Source: a bacterium (GTDB lineage Bacteria; Arandabacterota; Arandabacteria; Arandabacterales; JALGWA01). Taken from it: a stretch of DNA of 38,916 bases. A model generated the notes under the pieces. That model did not search any database, was not told where the DNA came from, and was given only the letters and a program-made list of their open reading frames with translations. The stretch spans positions 1 through 38,916 of the forward strand of contig JASFEA010000011.1 of assembly GCA_050125095.1 (NCBI GenBank). The letters are read 5' to 3'. A program made the position numbers and the translations under genes. Numbering within the stretch: position 1 is the first letter of the stretch; each line of letters starts with the position of its first letter. Below are positions 17,743 through 26,681 of the stretch, in pieces.

Positions 17743-17834
17743 GGGTGAGTCCCAAGGAGCGTGACGGGCGAGGAACTCGCAGCTCTGCTTCCACACCTTA
17801 ATGCCCTACTTCCTTCGGGACTCGCTCTTTTTTT
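17743..17834 (+). ncRNA. Candidate small structured RNA (or attenuator leader), family not recognised
   Basis: Starts 6 nt after the -10 box. 5' GGGTGAGTCCC-AAGGAG pairs with 3' TTCCTT-C-GGGACTCGCTC, followed directly by T7. Internal hairpin GCGAG-GAA-CTCGC. Confidence 0.6.
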
Positions 17835-17949
17835 ATACTCTTCGCACACTCTTCCTGCCGTTCCTACCGCCTATTAAACCAGCAGATGTCTATATATACG
17901 GACAGGGCAAAAAGCTCGAACTGGATAGAAGTGGAAGGAGGATAACTCG

Positions 17950-18990
17950 ATGAGAAAACCGGCTACCCTCTCTACGGTCGTCATACTCATCATGATGCTC
18001 GGCCTGACGGGCTGCGAATCCATGTTTTCCGACGACGCCGAGTCCGTGGACACGGAGACGCTGCTCGCCGAATACGGCGGCTTCGACACCACCGATGAGA
18101 TGCAGGCCTTCGGAGATTCGGATCTTGCAGCCAGTTATGCCGATGAACCCGAGTTCGAAGATGAGATGGAGAATCACCGTGAGGTCCGCAACGCGCACAC
18201 AAACGGTGCGAAGCAGTACATGCTGCGCGTTGTGTGGGGCAATATCCGGCGGCCGGACACGACCGATACCGATGAACCCGACTGCCCCCTGACGGATTGG
18301 TCGGGTTCGCTTGAAGTCAGCGGCGGCGTGGTCACAGTCAAGCGCCTGATAAGATTCGAACCGCCCGGCGATCATATAGTTAGACCGAGATCCGGTCCGA
18401 GAGAGGTCGCCTGGGTGTCCTACACTATGCCGCACCTGGACGGCATACTCTTTAAGATAATCGACGTGCCGGACCCTCAGGGGAAAGAGGTTGATAACAC
18501 GGTCACTATCACGACTCCCTATCATGTCGCCGTGATACCCCTCGCTGACCTCGAAGACTACCGCGAGTTCATAGAGATAGACGAGTGTAACAAGCTGTCC
18601 ATCGTCGCCACCCTGGCGGAGAATACAGGCTGCCCGACGGGCTTCCTCGAGGGCGGGTGGATCGCCGAAACCGATACATCGGGCTACTTCCGCGGAGGCT
18701 GGATTTCCTCAAACGGCGACCTGTCGGGATACCTCAGGGGTAAATATGAGATACGGGACGGCAGGCGCGTCTTCTACGGAAAATGGATAACAGAGTCCGG
18801 CGGCTTCGGGGGCCTCATAAAGGGCGTCTGGTGGCCGGCGGAAAATAACGAGGGTCCCAGCGGTTTCTTTGAAGGCAGGTGGGTCGACGAGTACTTCATT
18901 TCACGCGGCGTTATCAAGGGTCATTACCACACGGGCGCTGAGGGCGAGGCAGGGTTCTTCCACGGCAGGTGGAGGAAATTGTGCAGGTGA
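17950..18990 (+). CDS. Hypothetical lipoprotein with C-terminal Gly/aromatic beta-strand repeats
   Basis: AAGGAGG SD. Lipobox LTGC. Acidic N-terminal region. Eight repeats resembling G-x-[FLI]-x-G-x-[WY]. Confidence 0.75.
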   Translation: MRKPATLSTVVILIMMLGLTGCESMFSDDAESVDTETLLAEYGGFDTTDEMQAFGDSDLAASYADEPEFEDEMENHREVRNAHTNGAKQYMLRVVWGNIRRPDTTDTDEPDCPLTDWSGSLEVSGGVVTVKRLIRFEPPGDHIVRPRSGPREVAWVSYTMPHLDGILFKIIDVPDPQGKEVDNTVTITTPYHVAVIPLADLEDYREFIEIDECNKLSIVATLAENTGCPTGFLEGGWIAETDTSGYFRGGWISSNGDLSGYLRGKYEIRDGRRVFYGKWITESGGFGGLIKGVWWPAENNEGPSGFFEGRWVDEYFISRGVIKGHYHTGAEGEAGFFHGRWRKLCR

Positions 18991-19020
18991 TATGAAGACG
19001 TCTGTGGTGATGGCTTACCG

Positions 19021-19056
19021 GCGGCGGGCGCCCTTTGGGGCGCCTGTCGCATTACT
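19021..19056 (+). terminator. Hairpin / probable terminator after the lipoprotein gene
   Basis: GCGGCGGGCGCCC-TTTG-GGGCGCCTGTCGC, 13 bp with two G-U pairs that form only on the plus strand. Weak U-tail (ATTACT). Confidence 0.6.
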
Positions 19057-19066
19057 GCGTGGCCCG

Positions 19067-20425
19067 CTATTTCCGGGCGGCTAGAGCCTCAAGCGGAGCG
19101 TAATAGGGCGCAAGCAGCTCAACCACATGAACGACCTTTTGAGGCAGCCCGTTGCGTTTGAGCATGTCTTCCAGCTGCATCATGCAGCTCGGGCAGGATG
19201 TCGCCACCAGGTCGGCCCCGGTGGCGGCTATGTAGGTGACTTTCTTTCTTCCGATCTCTTTTGCAAGATCATAATAGGTGAAAGAGAACGTTCCACCGCC
19301 ACCGCAGCATCGGTCGGATTCCTCCATCTCCACGAACGTCACGGCTGGCAATGCCTCCAGGATCTTCCGCGGCGCGCCGGCCTGGCCCTGACCGCGGTTC
19401 AGATGACAGGGATCATGGTAGGTGACGGTGACAGGTTCAATCCCCTCGGTCTCCTTAAGGTCGAGGTTGCCGAATCCCACGAGGAACTCGGCGATATCGT
19501 AAACGGGCGCCCCCAGTGCCCCGGGATCCAGGCCCAGTACGCTCTCGTAATCCTTCTTCAGGGCGAGCCCGCCGGATGCGCAGCAGACCACGACCGCATC
19601 GAGGTCGTGCCTCCGGAAAGCCTTGATATTGGCCCTCGCGAGGTCCCGGGCGTCCTCCCTGTCCCCCGCGGTGTAAACGGGCACCCCGCAGCAACCCTGC
19701 CCCCTCGGGATGACCACTTCGAATCCCTCCCCGACCAGCGTCCTCACCGCAGCAAGCCCGACCCGGGGGAAAATCATATTCGTGGCGCAGCCGACGAAGA
19801 GCCCCACTCTCTTGCGAGGCTTGCCCTCCGGGCTCACAGTCTCCGGGAGCTGCTCCATCATGGTCTTTTCGGCAAACACGGGGAGATTGCGGTCCTTGTC
19901 CACTTTCACCAGGGGAAGCAGGACTCTGTAAGGGCTTGACTGCGGCAGCCCTTTCAGGATTTTCCTCTCGACCCACGCGATCGTCTTGCTCACGGGCGGG
20001 AGCAGCCTTCCACGCTTGAGAAGGTGCCGGAAGATGAACTTCTTGAGCCACGGGAAGCGGCCCTTCTTGAATATCTCGACCCTGGAGGCGAGCACGAGTT
20101 CGTCCACCAGTATGCCGCTCGGACATGCTTCAACGCAGGACTTGCAGTTCAGGCATTTCGAGAGGCGCTCCGTAAAACCCGGGCTGAGGTCGAGGTCGCC
20201 TTCCACAAGCGCCTCCACCAGGGCTACCCTGCCGCGGGCGCAATAGGACTCGTCCAGGGCCTCACAGAACACCGGGCACGCGGCCCTGCAGGCTCCGCAC
20301 TTCAGGCATCTCTGGATTTCCCCCGACAACTTCTCCAGCGTATCGTGCCGGTCGCGCTCCGCCTTTCGGAAGAGGTCGAGCTGGAACGTCCTGGTACTCC
20401 TGCCGCCGTCGGTATCAGTCTTCAT
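19067..20425 (-). CDS. GlcF-like Fe-S oxidoreductase subunit (2x 4Fe-4S + two CCG domains)
   Basis: CLKCGACRAACP, CLNCKSCVEACP, QGCCG, TYHDPCHL, RCCGGGG, CPSCMMQL. Overlaps the glcD-like gene by 11 nt. Confidence 0.88.
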   Translation of the reverse strand: MKTDTDGGRSTRTFQLDLFRKAERDRHDTLEKLSGEIQRCLKCGACRAACPVFCEALDESYCARGRVALVEALVEGDLDLSPGFTERLSKCLNCKSCVEACPSGILVDELVLASRVEIFKKGRFPWLKKFIFRHLLKRGRLLPPVSKTIAWVERKILKGLPQSSPYRVLLPLVKVDKDRNLPVFAEKTMMEQLPETVSPEGKPRKRVGLFVGCATNMIFPRVGLAAVRTLVGEGFEVVIPRGQGCCGVPVYTAGDREDARDLARANIKAFRRHDLDAVVVCCASGGLALKKDYESVLGLDPGALGAPVYDIAEFLVGFGNLDLKETEGIEPVTVTYHDPCHLNRGQGQAGAPRKILEALPAVTFVEMEESDRCCGGGGTFSFTYYDLAKEIGRKKVTYIAATGADLVATSCPSCMMQLEDMLKRNGLPQKVVHVVELLAPYYAPLEALAARK

Positions 20426-21797
20426 AGAACATCTTCCCGGGATTCATAATGCCCCTGGGGTCAAGAGCGTCCTTGAGAGATCTCACTACTTCATATCCCG
20501 ACTGGCCGATCTCCAGCTTGGTAAACGGTTCCCTGTCCAGCCCCACGCCTCGCTCCTCCGACACGGCGCCCTCGAGGTCAATACAGACCTGGCGTACCGC
20601 CGACACCGCCGTCTTAGCCCGGGCCATCTCTTCGGTGTCCTTGACATCCGTGAGGAATACCGGATGGAGGTTGCCCCGGCCCGCATGGCCAAACACCGCG
20701 ATCTTCACATTGTTCCTGGCAGCTATCTTGCCGATTTCGCCGGCCATCACCGGCAGTTTGCTTACCGGCACCGTGATGTCCTCTACTATAGCCGTCGGGC
20801 GCAATTTCATCAGGGCCGGCAGGGCGGCGAAACGCCCGCGCCAGATCTTCCCGCTTCCCGACGGGTCGGAGGTCGCCGCTGCATCTACCCGGAACTCCTT
20901 CTTGAGCAGTTCCGCCGCGAGATCGGAGTTGGCGCTCACGGCCGAGCGCATGCCGTCGAATTCAGCCAGGAGAATGGCTCCTTCACCATGACTCTCATCG
21001 AGATGGGCCGAAACCGCCCGCGTACAGACTTCATCCATCACCTCGAGAGACGAGGGGAGAAGACCCTCCGACATGAGATGGCCCGCCGCCGCCGTGGCCG
21101 TGTGGAGGTCCTCAAACACGGCGGACAGCGTCCTTCGGGCCTGAGGCAACGGCAACAGCCGCAACTTCGCCGATGTAATGAATCCCAGAGTGCCCTCGGA
21201 GCCGACCATGAGCCGGCATATGTCGTATCCGGCGACGCTCTTTACGGTTCTCGCGCCGACCGTCAGCACCTTCCCCTCAGGAGTGACGAGCTCGAGACCG
21301 AGCACATATCGCCGCGTCGACCCGTACTTGAGCCCTCTCAACCCGCCCGCGCACTCCGCTATGTTGCCTCCGAGAGTACATACCGCCCCGCTGGCGGGAT
21401 TGGGCGGGTAGAAGAGCCCCCTCGATTCCACTATTCTCTGGAAATCCCCGGTTATTATGCCGGGCGCCACTTCCGCATAGAGGTCTTCCCTGTGCACGAC
21501 CGGTTCGGCCTTCATGCGTTCGGCCGACAGCACCATGCCGCCTGCCGTCGGGATGGCTCCGCCGGCAAGCCCCGTCCCCGCGCCCCTCGGGGTCACGGGA
21601 ATGGCATTTTCGTATGCCAGCGCTATTACCCGGGCTGCTTCTTCCGTGCTCCGGGGCTTAACGACGACATCCGGCTCCCGCTTATACAACGTGGCATCAG
21701 AGGAGTATGCGGCCCGACGCTCGTCGTCGGTGAGGACATTCTCCGGCCCGGTTATCTCGCCGAGCTTCCTGATGAGCGCATCGTCAAGCATAGACAC
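20415..21797 (-). CDS. GlcD-like FAD-binding oxidoreductase (2-hydroxyacid dehydrogenase family)
   Basis: PRGAGTGLAGG, TLGGNIAECAGG..LKYG, GSEGTLG, DPRGIMNPGK. Several active-site motifs are altered (see findings). Alternative start ATG 21791. Confidence 0.88.
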   Translation of the reverse strand: MSMLDDALIRKLGEITGPENVLTDDERRAAYSSDATLYKREPDVVVKPRSTEEAARVIALAYENAIPVTPRGAGTGLAGGAIPTAGGMVLSAERMKAEPVVHREDLYAEVAPGIITGDFQRIVESRGLFYPPNPASGAVCTLGGNIAECAGGLRGLKYGSTRRYVLGLELVTPEGKVLTVGARTVKSVAGYDICRLMVGSEGTLGFITSAKLRLLPLPQARRTLSAVFEDLHTATAAAGHLMSEGLLPSSLEVMDEVCTRAVSAHLDESHGEGAILLAEFDGMRSAVSANSDLAAELLKKEFRVDAAATSDPSGSGKIWRGRFAALPALMKLRPTAIVEDITVPVSKLPVMAGEIGKIAARNNVKIAVFGHAGRGNLHPVFLTDVKDTEEMARAKTAVSAVRQVCIDLEGAVSEERGVGLDREPFTKLEIGQSGYEVVRSLKDALDPRGIMNPGKMFYED

Positions 21798-21827
21798 TCT
21801 ATCCCAAGAAACGCAATTCGGGGCTCA

Positions 21828-21864
21828 TACGAAAGTGCAGCCCGGAACTCGTCCGAAGCTGCAC
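21828..21864 (-). terminator. Probable intrinsic terminator of the ribosomal superoperon
   Basis: Minus strand GTGCAGCTTCGGA-CGAGT-TCCGGGCTGCAC followed by TTTCGTA, 21 nt after the rplQ stop. Confidence 0.6.
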
Positions 21865-21885
21865 ATTAAGGGTACCTCCCTGGGC

Positions 21886-22326
21886 CTATTCGGTCTCTTC
21901 CTCCTCCGCCCCGGCAGCCTTCCGCGCGGCCCGCGTCACCTTCTTTACCTCTTTTTCTTCAGCTTCCTTGCTCTTCTCGGTGAGCTCGAGTATCGCCACC
22001 GGGGCCGCGTCTCCATGCCTGCGCGCGAGCTTGATGATTCGCGTATAGCCGCCGTTTCGTCCCTCAAAGCGGGGGGCAATCGAATCGAATAGCTTCTTGA
22101 CGACATCCTGATTGCTGATTTGCTTCAGGACCTGCCGGCGGGCGTGGAGATCCCCGCGCTTTGCGAAACTCACCATTCGCTCGGCCAGCCTCCTGGCTTC
22201 CTTGGCCTTGGCCTCCGTCGTGCGTATGCTCTCGTTGTCGAACAGCGAAGTCACCAGGTTCCGGAGCATGAGCTCTCTGTGGCTCTTTGTCCTGCCCAGC
22301 TTTCTGCCTTTTTGCCTGTGTCGCAT
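21886..22326 (-). CDS. rplQ: 50S ribosomal protein L17
   Basis: [22 protein letters not shown]; last gene of the alpha operon. Confidence 0.98.
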   Translation of the reverse strand: MRHRQKGRKLGRTKSHRELMLRNLVTSLFDNESIRTTEAKAKEARRLAERMVSFAKRGDLHARRQVLKQISNQDVVKKLFDSIAPRFEGRNGGYTRIIKLARRHGDAAPVAILELTEKSKEAEEKEVKKVTRAARKAAGAEEEETE

Positions 22327-22356
22327 CTCGGTCCTTCCCTCAAATCTGATCAGCCC

Positions 22357-23373
22357 TTACGCGTAGCGGGCTTTCAATCTCTCTGCAGCCTCAGCTTTCT
22401 TTTCATCCAGGTAATGGTCAACGTCCATGCCGAAATGGAGGCCCATACTGCTCAAAATGTCCGAAATCTCCTTAAGCGACTTCCTGCCGAAGTTCCTGAA
22501 CTTGAGCATGTCGGACTCCGTCTTCCGGACCAGATCGCCGATGGACTTTATCTCGGCGTTTCTCAGGCAATTGCTCGACCTGACGCTGAGTTCGAGCTCG
22601 TCGACGCTCTTCCTAAGAAGATCATGTATTCTGACCCACTCCTCATCGACCTCTTCGGCTTCCTCCTCGACCAGTTCCTCCTCTTTGGTGATGAACACCT
22701 GCAGGTGATTCTTGAGAATGCTGGCCGAAAAACTCATTGCATCCTGAGGAGTTACGCTCCCGTCCGTCCATATTTCCAGCACGAGTTTGTCATAGTCCGT
22801 CCGGTGACCGACGCGCGTGTCTTCGACCCGGAAGTTTACTCTCCGGATCGGCGAAAAGTTGGCGTCGACCGGGATGACGCCTATTGGCCTGTCGGTGCGG
22901 GTCTGCGCTTCCGAGAGGACGAATCCCCTGCCGGCATCCACCTCTATTTCGACCCTGAGATGGCCTCCCTTGTCGACTGTCGCGATCGGGATCGTGGGAT
23001 TCAATATCTCGATGCTCGCGTCGCCTTCAAAGTCGCCCGCCTTTACCTCCTGAGGCCCTTCGACGTCCACGGTCAAAGTCCTGGGCTCTTCGGCAGTGAA
23101 TCTGAAACGCATCTTCTTGATGTTTATGATTATCTCCGCAACGTCTTCCCTGACGTTGGGCAGCGTACTGAACTCATGAAGAGCCCCGTCTATGCGCACG
23201 CTAATCACAGACGCACCTTGAAGTGAGGACAGCAGTATGCGCCTCAACCCGTTCCCTATGGTCGTGCCATAACCCCTCTCCAGGGGCTCTATCACGAACT
23301 TGCCATAGGTGTCCGTGGCCGACGCTTCTTCCATAACTACTTCTTTTGGCATCTGTAAGGTTCTAAAATTCAT
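22357..23373 (-). CDS. rpoA: RNA polymerase subunit alpha
   Basis: EPLERGYGTTIGNGLRRILLSS, LELSVRSSNCL, NFGRKSL. Confidence 0.99.
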   Translation of the reverse strand: MNFRTLQMPKEVVMEEASATDTYGKFVIEPLERGYGTTIGNGLRRILLSSLQGASVISVRIDGALHEFSTLPNVREDVAEIIINIKKMRFRFTAEEPRTLTVDVEGPQEVKAGDFEGDASIEILNPTIPIATVDKGGHLRVEIEVDAGRGFVLSEAQTRTDRPIGVIPVDANFSPIRRVNFRVEDTRVGHRTDYDKLVLEIWTDGSVTPQDAMSFSASILKNHLQVFITKEEELVEEEAEEVDEEWVRIHDLLRKSVDELELSVRSSNCLRNAEIKSIGDLVRKTESDMLKFRNFGRKSLKEISDILSSMGLHFGMDVDHYLDEKKAEAAERLKARYA

Positions 23374-23420
23374 CCGAAAGCCACCTCACACGTTGAGGTT
23401 CACTTATTTCCCTTCCCTCA

Positions 23421-24041
23421 TTACTTGGAGTAGAGCTCGACTATGAGCTGCTCCTGTACGGGAATCGGGATTCCCTCTCTTGTTGGAACTTCCACCACGG
23501 TCGCAGAGAGCCTGTTCCCGTCCACCTGCAACCATGGAACAGAATCGGTTCCTATTCTCTCGAGGCTCGCTTTCACGACCCCGCTGATCTTCTCCCGGGC
23601 CTGTATGACGTCACCCACCTTGACCTGATAAGAGGCGATGTTGACCACTCGCCCGTTGACGGTGAAGTGCCTGTGATTCACAAGCTGCCTCGCGTTGTTC
23701 CTGGAAGGCGCGAATCCCGCCCTGTAGGCTACGTTGTCCAGCCTCAACTCCAGCAGCTTCAAGAGGTTCTCCCCGGTAACGCCGTGCTGGCGGGCGGCCC
23801 TGGCGAAGTACTTCCTGAACTGCTTCTCGAATACGCCGTAGACTCTCTTAACTTTCTGTTTCTCCCTGAGCTGCAGACCGTACTCGGTCCTGCGCACTCT
23901 CATGCGCTGGCCGTGCTCGCCTGGAGGGTACTGGCGCTTCTCCACTGCGCATTTGGCGCTCATGCAGCGGTCCCCCTTGAGGAACAGCTTCATCCCCTCT
24001 CTGCGGCAAAGTCTGCATTTCGAGCCCGTATACCTTGCCAT
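23421..24041 (-). CDS. rpsD: 30S ribosomal protein S4 (zinc-binding form)
   Basis: [30 protein letters not shown]. Start corrected to ATG 24041 with GGAGG SD. Confidence 0.98.
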   Translation of the reverse strand: MARYTGSKCRLCRREGMKLFLKGDRCMSAKCAVEKRQYPPGEHGQRMRVRRTEYGLQLREKQKVKRVYGVFEKQFRKYFARAARQHGVTGENLLKLLELRLDNVAYRAGFAPSRNNARQLVNHRHFTVNGRVVNIASYQVKVGDVIQAREKISGVVKASLERIGTDSVPWLQVDGNRLSATVVEVPTREGIPIPVQEQLIVELYSK

Positions 24042-24055
24042 CAAGATCCTCCGTT

Positions 24056-24448
24056 CTAAACTCTTCTTCTCTTGGGCGGACGACAACCGTTATGCGGTAT
24101 GCGGGTGACGTCCCGGATCGCAGTAATGTCAAGCCCTGCAGCCTGCAGCGACCTGATCGCGGCCTCTCTCGCGGGACCCGGGCCCTTGACTCTCACCTCG
24201 ACCCTCTTCATGCCGAGATTCAGCGCCTCCTTGGCGCAGGATTCCCCGGCCAGCTGGGCGGCAAAGGGGGTGCTCTTCCGCGAACCCTTGAAGCCCACTC
24301 TGCCCGCGCTGGCCCAGGACACGACATGCCCGGTTGTGTCCGTTATGGTTATGATCGTATTATTGAAGGTCGCCTGGATATGCGCTACCCCGCTCTCCTC
24401 AATCCGCCTGTCTTTGCGTTTCGGCTTTCTGCCTCTTGCCTTTGGCAA
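24056..24448 (-). CDS. rpsK: 30S ribosomal protein S11
   Basis: [35 protein letters not shown] start. Confidence 0.98.
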   Translation of the reverse strand: MPKARGRKPKRKDRRIEESGVAHIQATFNNTIITITDTTGHVVSWASAGRVGFKGSRKSTPFAAQLAGESCAKEALNLGMKRVEVRVKGPGPAREAAIRSLQAAGLDITAIRDVTRIPHNGCRPPKRRRV

Positions 24449-24470
24449 ACTCTATACCTCCATCGACCGG

Positions 24471-24851
24471 TTATTTGCTTTCCTTCTTCTTCCGTGTCAT
24501 AACGCCCTTCTTCGGGCCCTTGCGGGTTCTGGCGTTGGTATGGGTTCGCTGTCCCCTGACGGGAAGCCCCCTGCGGTGGCGCAGGCCCCTGTAGCATCCA
24601 ATATCCATCAGGCGCTTGATATTTCCGGAGACCTCGGACCGCAAGGCTCCCTCCACCTTAAAGCTGCTCTCGATCACGTTTCGCAGCTTCGCAGTATCGT
24701 CTTCACTCAGGTTCTTCGTTTTGGTACCCGGGTCTACACCGGTTTCATCAAGGATCTTCTTCGACGTTGCCGGGCCTATGCCGAAGATATAGGTCAGTGA
24801 GACGTCGATTCTCTTCTCAGCCGGTAGATCTACACCTGCGATTCTCGGCAC
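24471..24851 (-). CDS. rpsM: 30S ribosomal protein S13
   Basis: [37 protein letters not shown] start. Confidence 0.98.
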   Translation of the reverse strand: MPRIAGVDLPAEKRIDVSLTYIFGIGPATSKKILDETGVDPGTKTKNLSEDDTAKLRNVIESSFKVEGALRSEVSGNIKRLMDIGCYRGLRHRRGLPVRGQRTHTNARTRKGPKKGVMTRKKKESK

Positions 24852-24865
24852 TCTCGATACACCTC

Positions 24866-24979
24866 CTATCCCTGCTTCTGCTTATGCCTGGGATTCTTAC
24901 ATATGACGTAGACTACGCCTTTGCGCTTAACTATCTTGCACTTGTCACAAATCTTCTTTACTGACGCACGCACCTTCAT
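24866..24979 (-). CDS. rpmJ: 50S ribosomal protein L36 (zinc-ribbon form); absent from the ORF track
   Basis: Translated by hand: [37 protein letters not shown], with AGGAG SD. Confidence 0.97.
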   Translation of the reverse strand: MKVRASVKKICDKCKIVKRKGVVYVICKNPRHKQKQG

Positions 24980-25001
24980 CAGTCATGCTCCTGCTATAGG
25001 A

Positions 25002-25220
25002 CTACTTGTATCTGTAGACGATTCTCCCGCGCGAGAGGTCGTAGGGCGACAGCTCGACGCTTACCTTGTCCCCGGCGAGGATCTTTATAAAGTGCATCCT
25101 CATCTTGCCCGAGATATGAGCGAGCACAATATGCCCGTTCTCGAGCTCGACCCTGAACATGGCATTGGGCAGAGACTCGACCACTGTCCCCTCTACCTGT
25201 ATGCTCTCTTCCTTACTCAT
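25002..25220 (-). CDS. infA: Translation initiation factor IF-1
   Basis: [33 protein letters not shown]. Confidence 0.99.
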   Translation of the reverse strand: MSKEESIQVEGTVVESLPNAMFRVELENGHIVLAHISGKMRMHFIKILAGDKVSVELSPYDLSRGRIVYRYK

Positions 25221-25235
25221 ATTCTCCCAATATCC

Positions 25236-26027
25236 TCAGGTATCTAGTCCCTCCAGGGTCAATATCTCGCCCCCGTCCTTGCGCACGACAATCGTGTGCT
25301 CGAAATGGGCCGACAGGCTGCCGTCCCTGGCGACGACCGTCCAGCCGTCCTTCAGGACCTCTATGGGGTAGTCGCCCGCATTGACCATGGGTTCTATCGC
25401 AAGCGTCATGCCGCTCACGAGTTCAGGCGTCTTGCCGGGGCTCACGAAATTCGGCACCTGGGGAGATTCATGCATGTTCCTCCCGATGCCGTGGCCGACA
25501 AGGTCCCTGACGACCGCAAACCCCTCGCTCTCAACCGTCGCCTGGACCGCCGCGGATATGTCGGCTATCGAGTTCCCATCTCTGGCTGCTGTTATCCCCG
25601 CTTCCAGAGCTTCACGTGTGGTGCCAAGGAGCCTCTCCGCCTCCGCCGATGCGGCCCCGACCGGGAAGGTCGCTGCCGCGTCCGAGTGGTAGGCATCCTT
25701 GAGAACGCCGACATCGATGCTGACGATGTCGCCTTCCTTAAGCACCCGGTCCCCGGGTATACCGTGCACCACTTCCGAGTTAACCGACGCGCAAATGCTC
25801 GCCGGGAACCCCCTGTACCCCTTGAAGGACGGCGCCGCTCCGTGCGACCTTATGAACTCCTCTGCCGCAGCGTCCAGGGCGCCGGTGGTGATCCCGGGCT
25901 CTATCATCGACTCCATGAGACGGAGGGTGGAAACCAGAACTCTCGAGCTTGCTCTCATGAGCTCTATCTCTTCGTCCGTCTTAATGGTGATCTTGTCCAT
26001 AATCAGCTGATTCTCTCTGGCTTTCAC
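25236..26027 (-). CDS. map: Methionine aminopeptidase type I
   Basis: CASVNSEVVHGIP, GHGIG..MHESP, AIEPM, SAHFEHT. Start is either GTG 26027 (GTGA overlap with adk) or ATG 26000. Confidence 0.97.
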   Translation of the reverse strand: MKARENQLIMDKITIKTDEEIELMRASSRVLVSTLRLMESMIEPGITTGALDAAAEEFIRSHGAAPSFKGYRGFPASICASVNSEVVHGIPGDRVLKEGDIVSIDVGVLKDAYHSDAAATFPVGAASAEAERLLGTTREALEAGITAARDGNSIADISAAVQATVESEGFAVVRDLVGHGIGRNMHESPQVPNFVSPGKTPELVSGMTLAIEPMVNAGDYPIEVLKDGWTVVARDGSLSAHFEHTIVVRKDGGEILTLEGLDT

Positions 26028-26680
26028 CGCTTCACCGCTTCGAGCTCGCTCAGAATCGAAGAGAACACGCCATCAACGCTCCCTTCGCCGCTGACCCTCT
26101 TCAGCAGGCCTTCCGACTCGTAGTGCTTAACAAGCGGCAGTGTATCCCTGCGATAGACCTCGAGTCGCGTCTTCACGGTCTTCGGGTCGTCGTCCACTCT
26201 GGCCTCGAGTTTGCCCCCGCACTTGTCGCAAACGCCTTCCTTGCGCGGCGGGTCGCTGTCCAGGTTATAGGGAGCGCCGCAAGCCCGGCAGACCCTTCTC
26301 CTCGACAGCCTCGAGATAATGACCTCGTCACTGACGTCTATAAAGACCACCGCGTCCAGCGCCGCGCCGTGGTCGGCCAGTATGCTTTCCAGGCCCTCGG
26401 CCTGAACCAGTGTGCGCGGGAAACCGTCGAGTATGAAGCCGGCGGCACAATCTTCCTTGGCGGTTCGTTCCTCTACCAGCGAGAGAACGATTTCATCCGG
26501 CACCAGCTTGCCTCCTTCGACATATTCCCGGGCCCTCTTGCCGAGCTCAGTATTCTGTTCTATCGCGTCCCTCAATATGTCACCCGTCGAAATCTGCGGG
26601 ATTCGAAACTCCTTGCTTACCATACCCGCCTGAGTCCCTTTTCCTGACCCCGGAGGGCCCAGTAAGACGAGTCTCATCAC
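26024..26680 (-). CDS. adk: Adenylate kinase with four-Cys LID
   Basis: GPPGSGKGT, STGDILR, LDGFPRT, CRAC..CDKC. Confidence 0.98.
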   Translation of the reverse strand: MMRLVLLGPPGSGKGTQAGMVSKEFRIPQISTGDILRDAIEQNTELGKRAREYVEGGKLVPDEIVLSLVEERTAKEDCAAGFILDGFPRTLVQAEGLESILADHGAALDAVVFIDVSDEVIISRLSRRRVCRACGAPYNLDSDPPRKEGVCDKCGGKLEARVDDDPKTVKTRLEVYRRDTLPLVKHYESEGLLKRVSGEGSVDGVFSSILSELEAVKR

Positions 26681-26681
26681 G

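Noticed and set aside
17469-17849. Minus-strand ORFs of 126 and 77 aa in the long intergenic region
   Set aside because: No SD, atypical codon use, no recognisable motifs; they overlap plus-strand promoter and RNA signals.
17761-17877. 38-codon Leu-rich ORF (GTG start, MTGEELAALLPHLNALLPSGLALFLYSSHTLPAVPTAY) inside the candidate sRNA, suggestive of a leader peptide or type I toxin
   Set aside because: The AAGGAG lies only 1 nt before the GTG, too close to work as an SD, and the ORF runs through the T7 tract. Ribosome profiling or conservation could revive it.
18988-19050. TGA stop followed by a hairpin, a possible selenocysteine read-through
   Set aside because: The hairpin starts 30 nt downstream and looks like a terminator; the TGA ends the repeat domain cleanly and is not in a redox motif.
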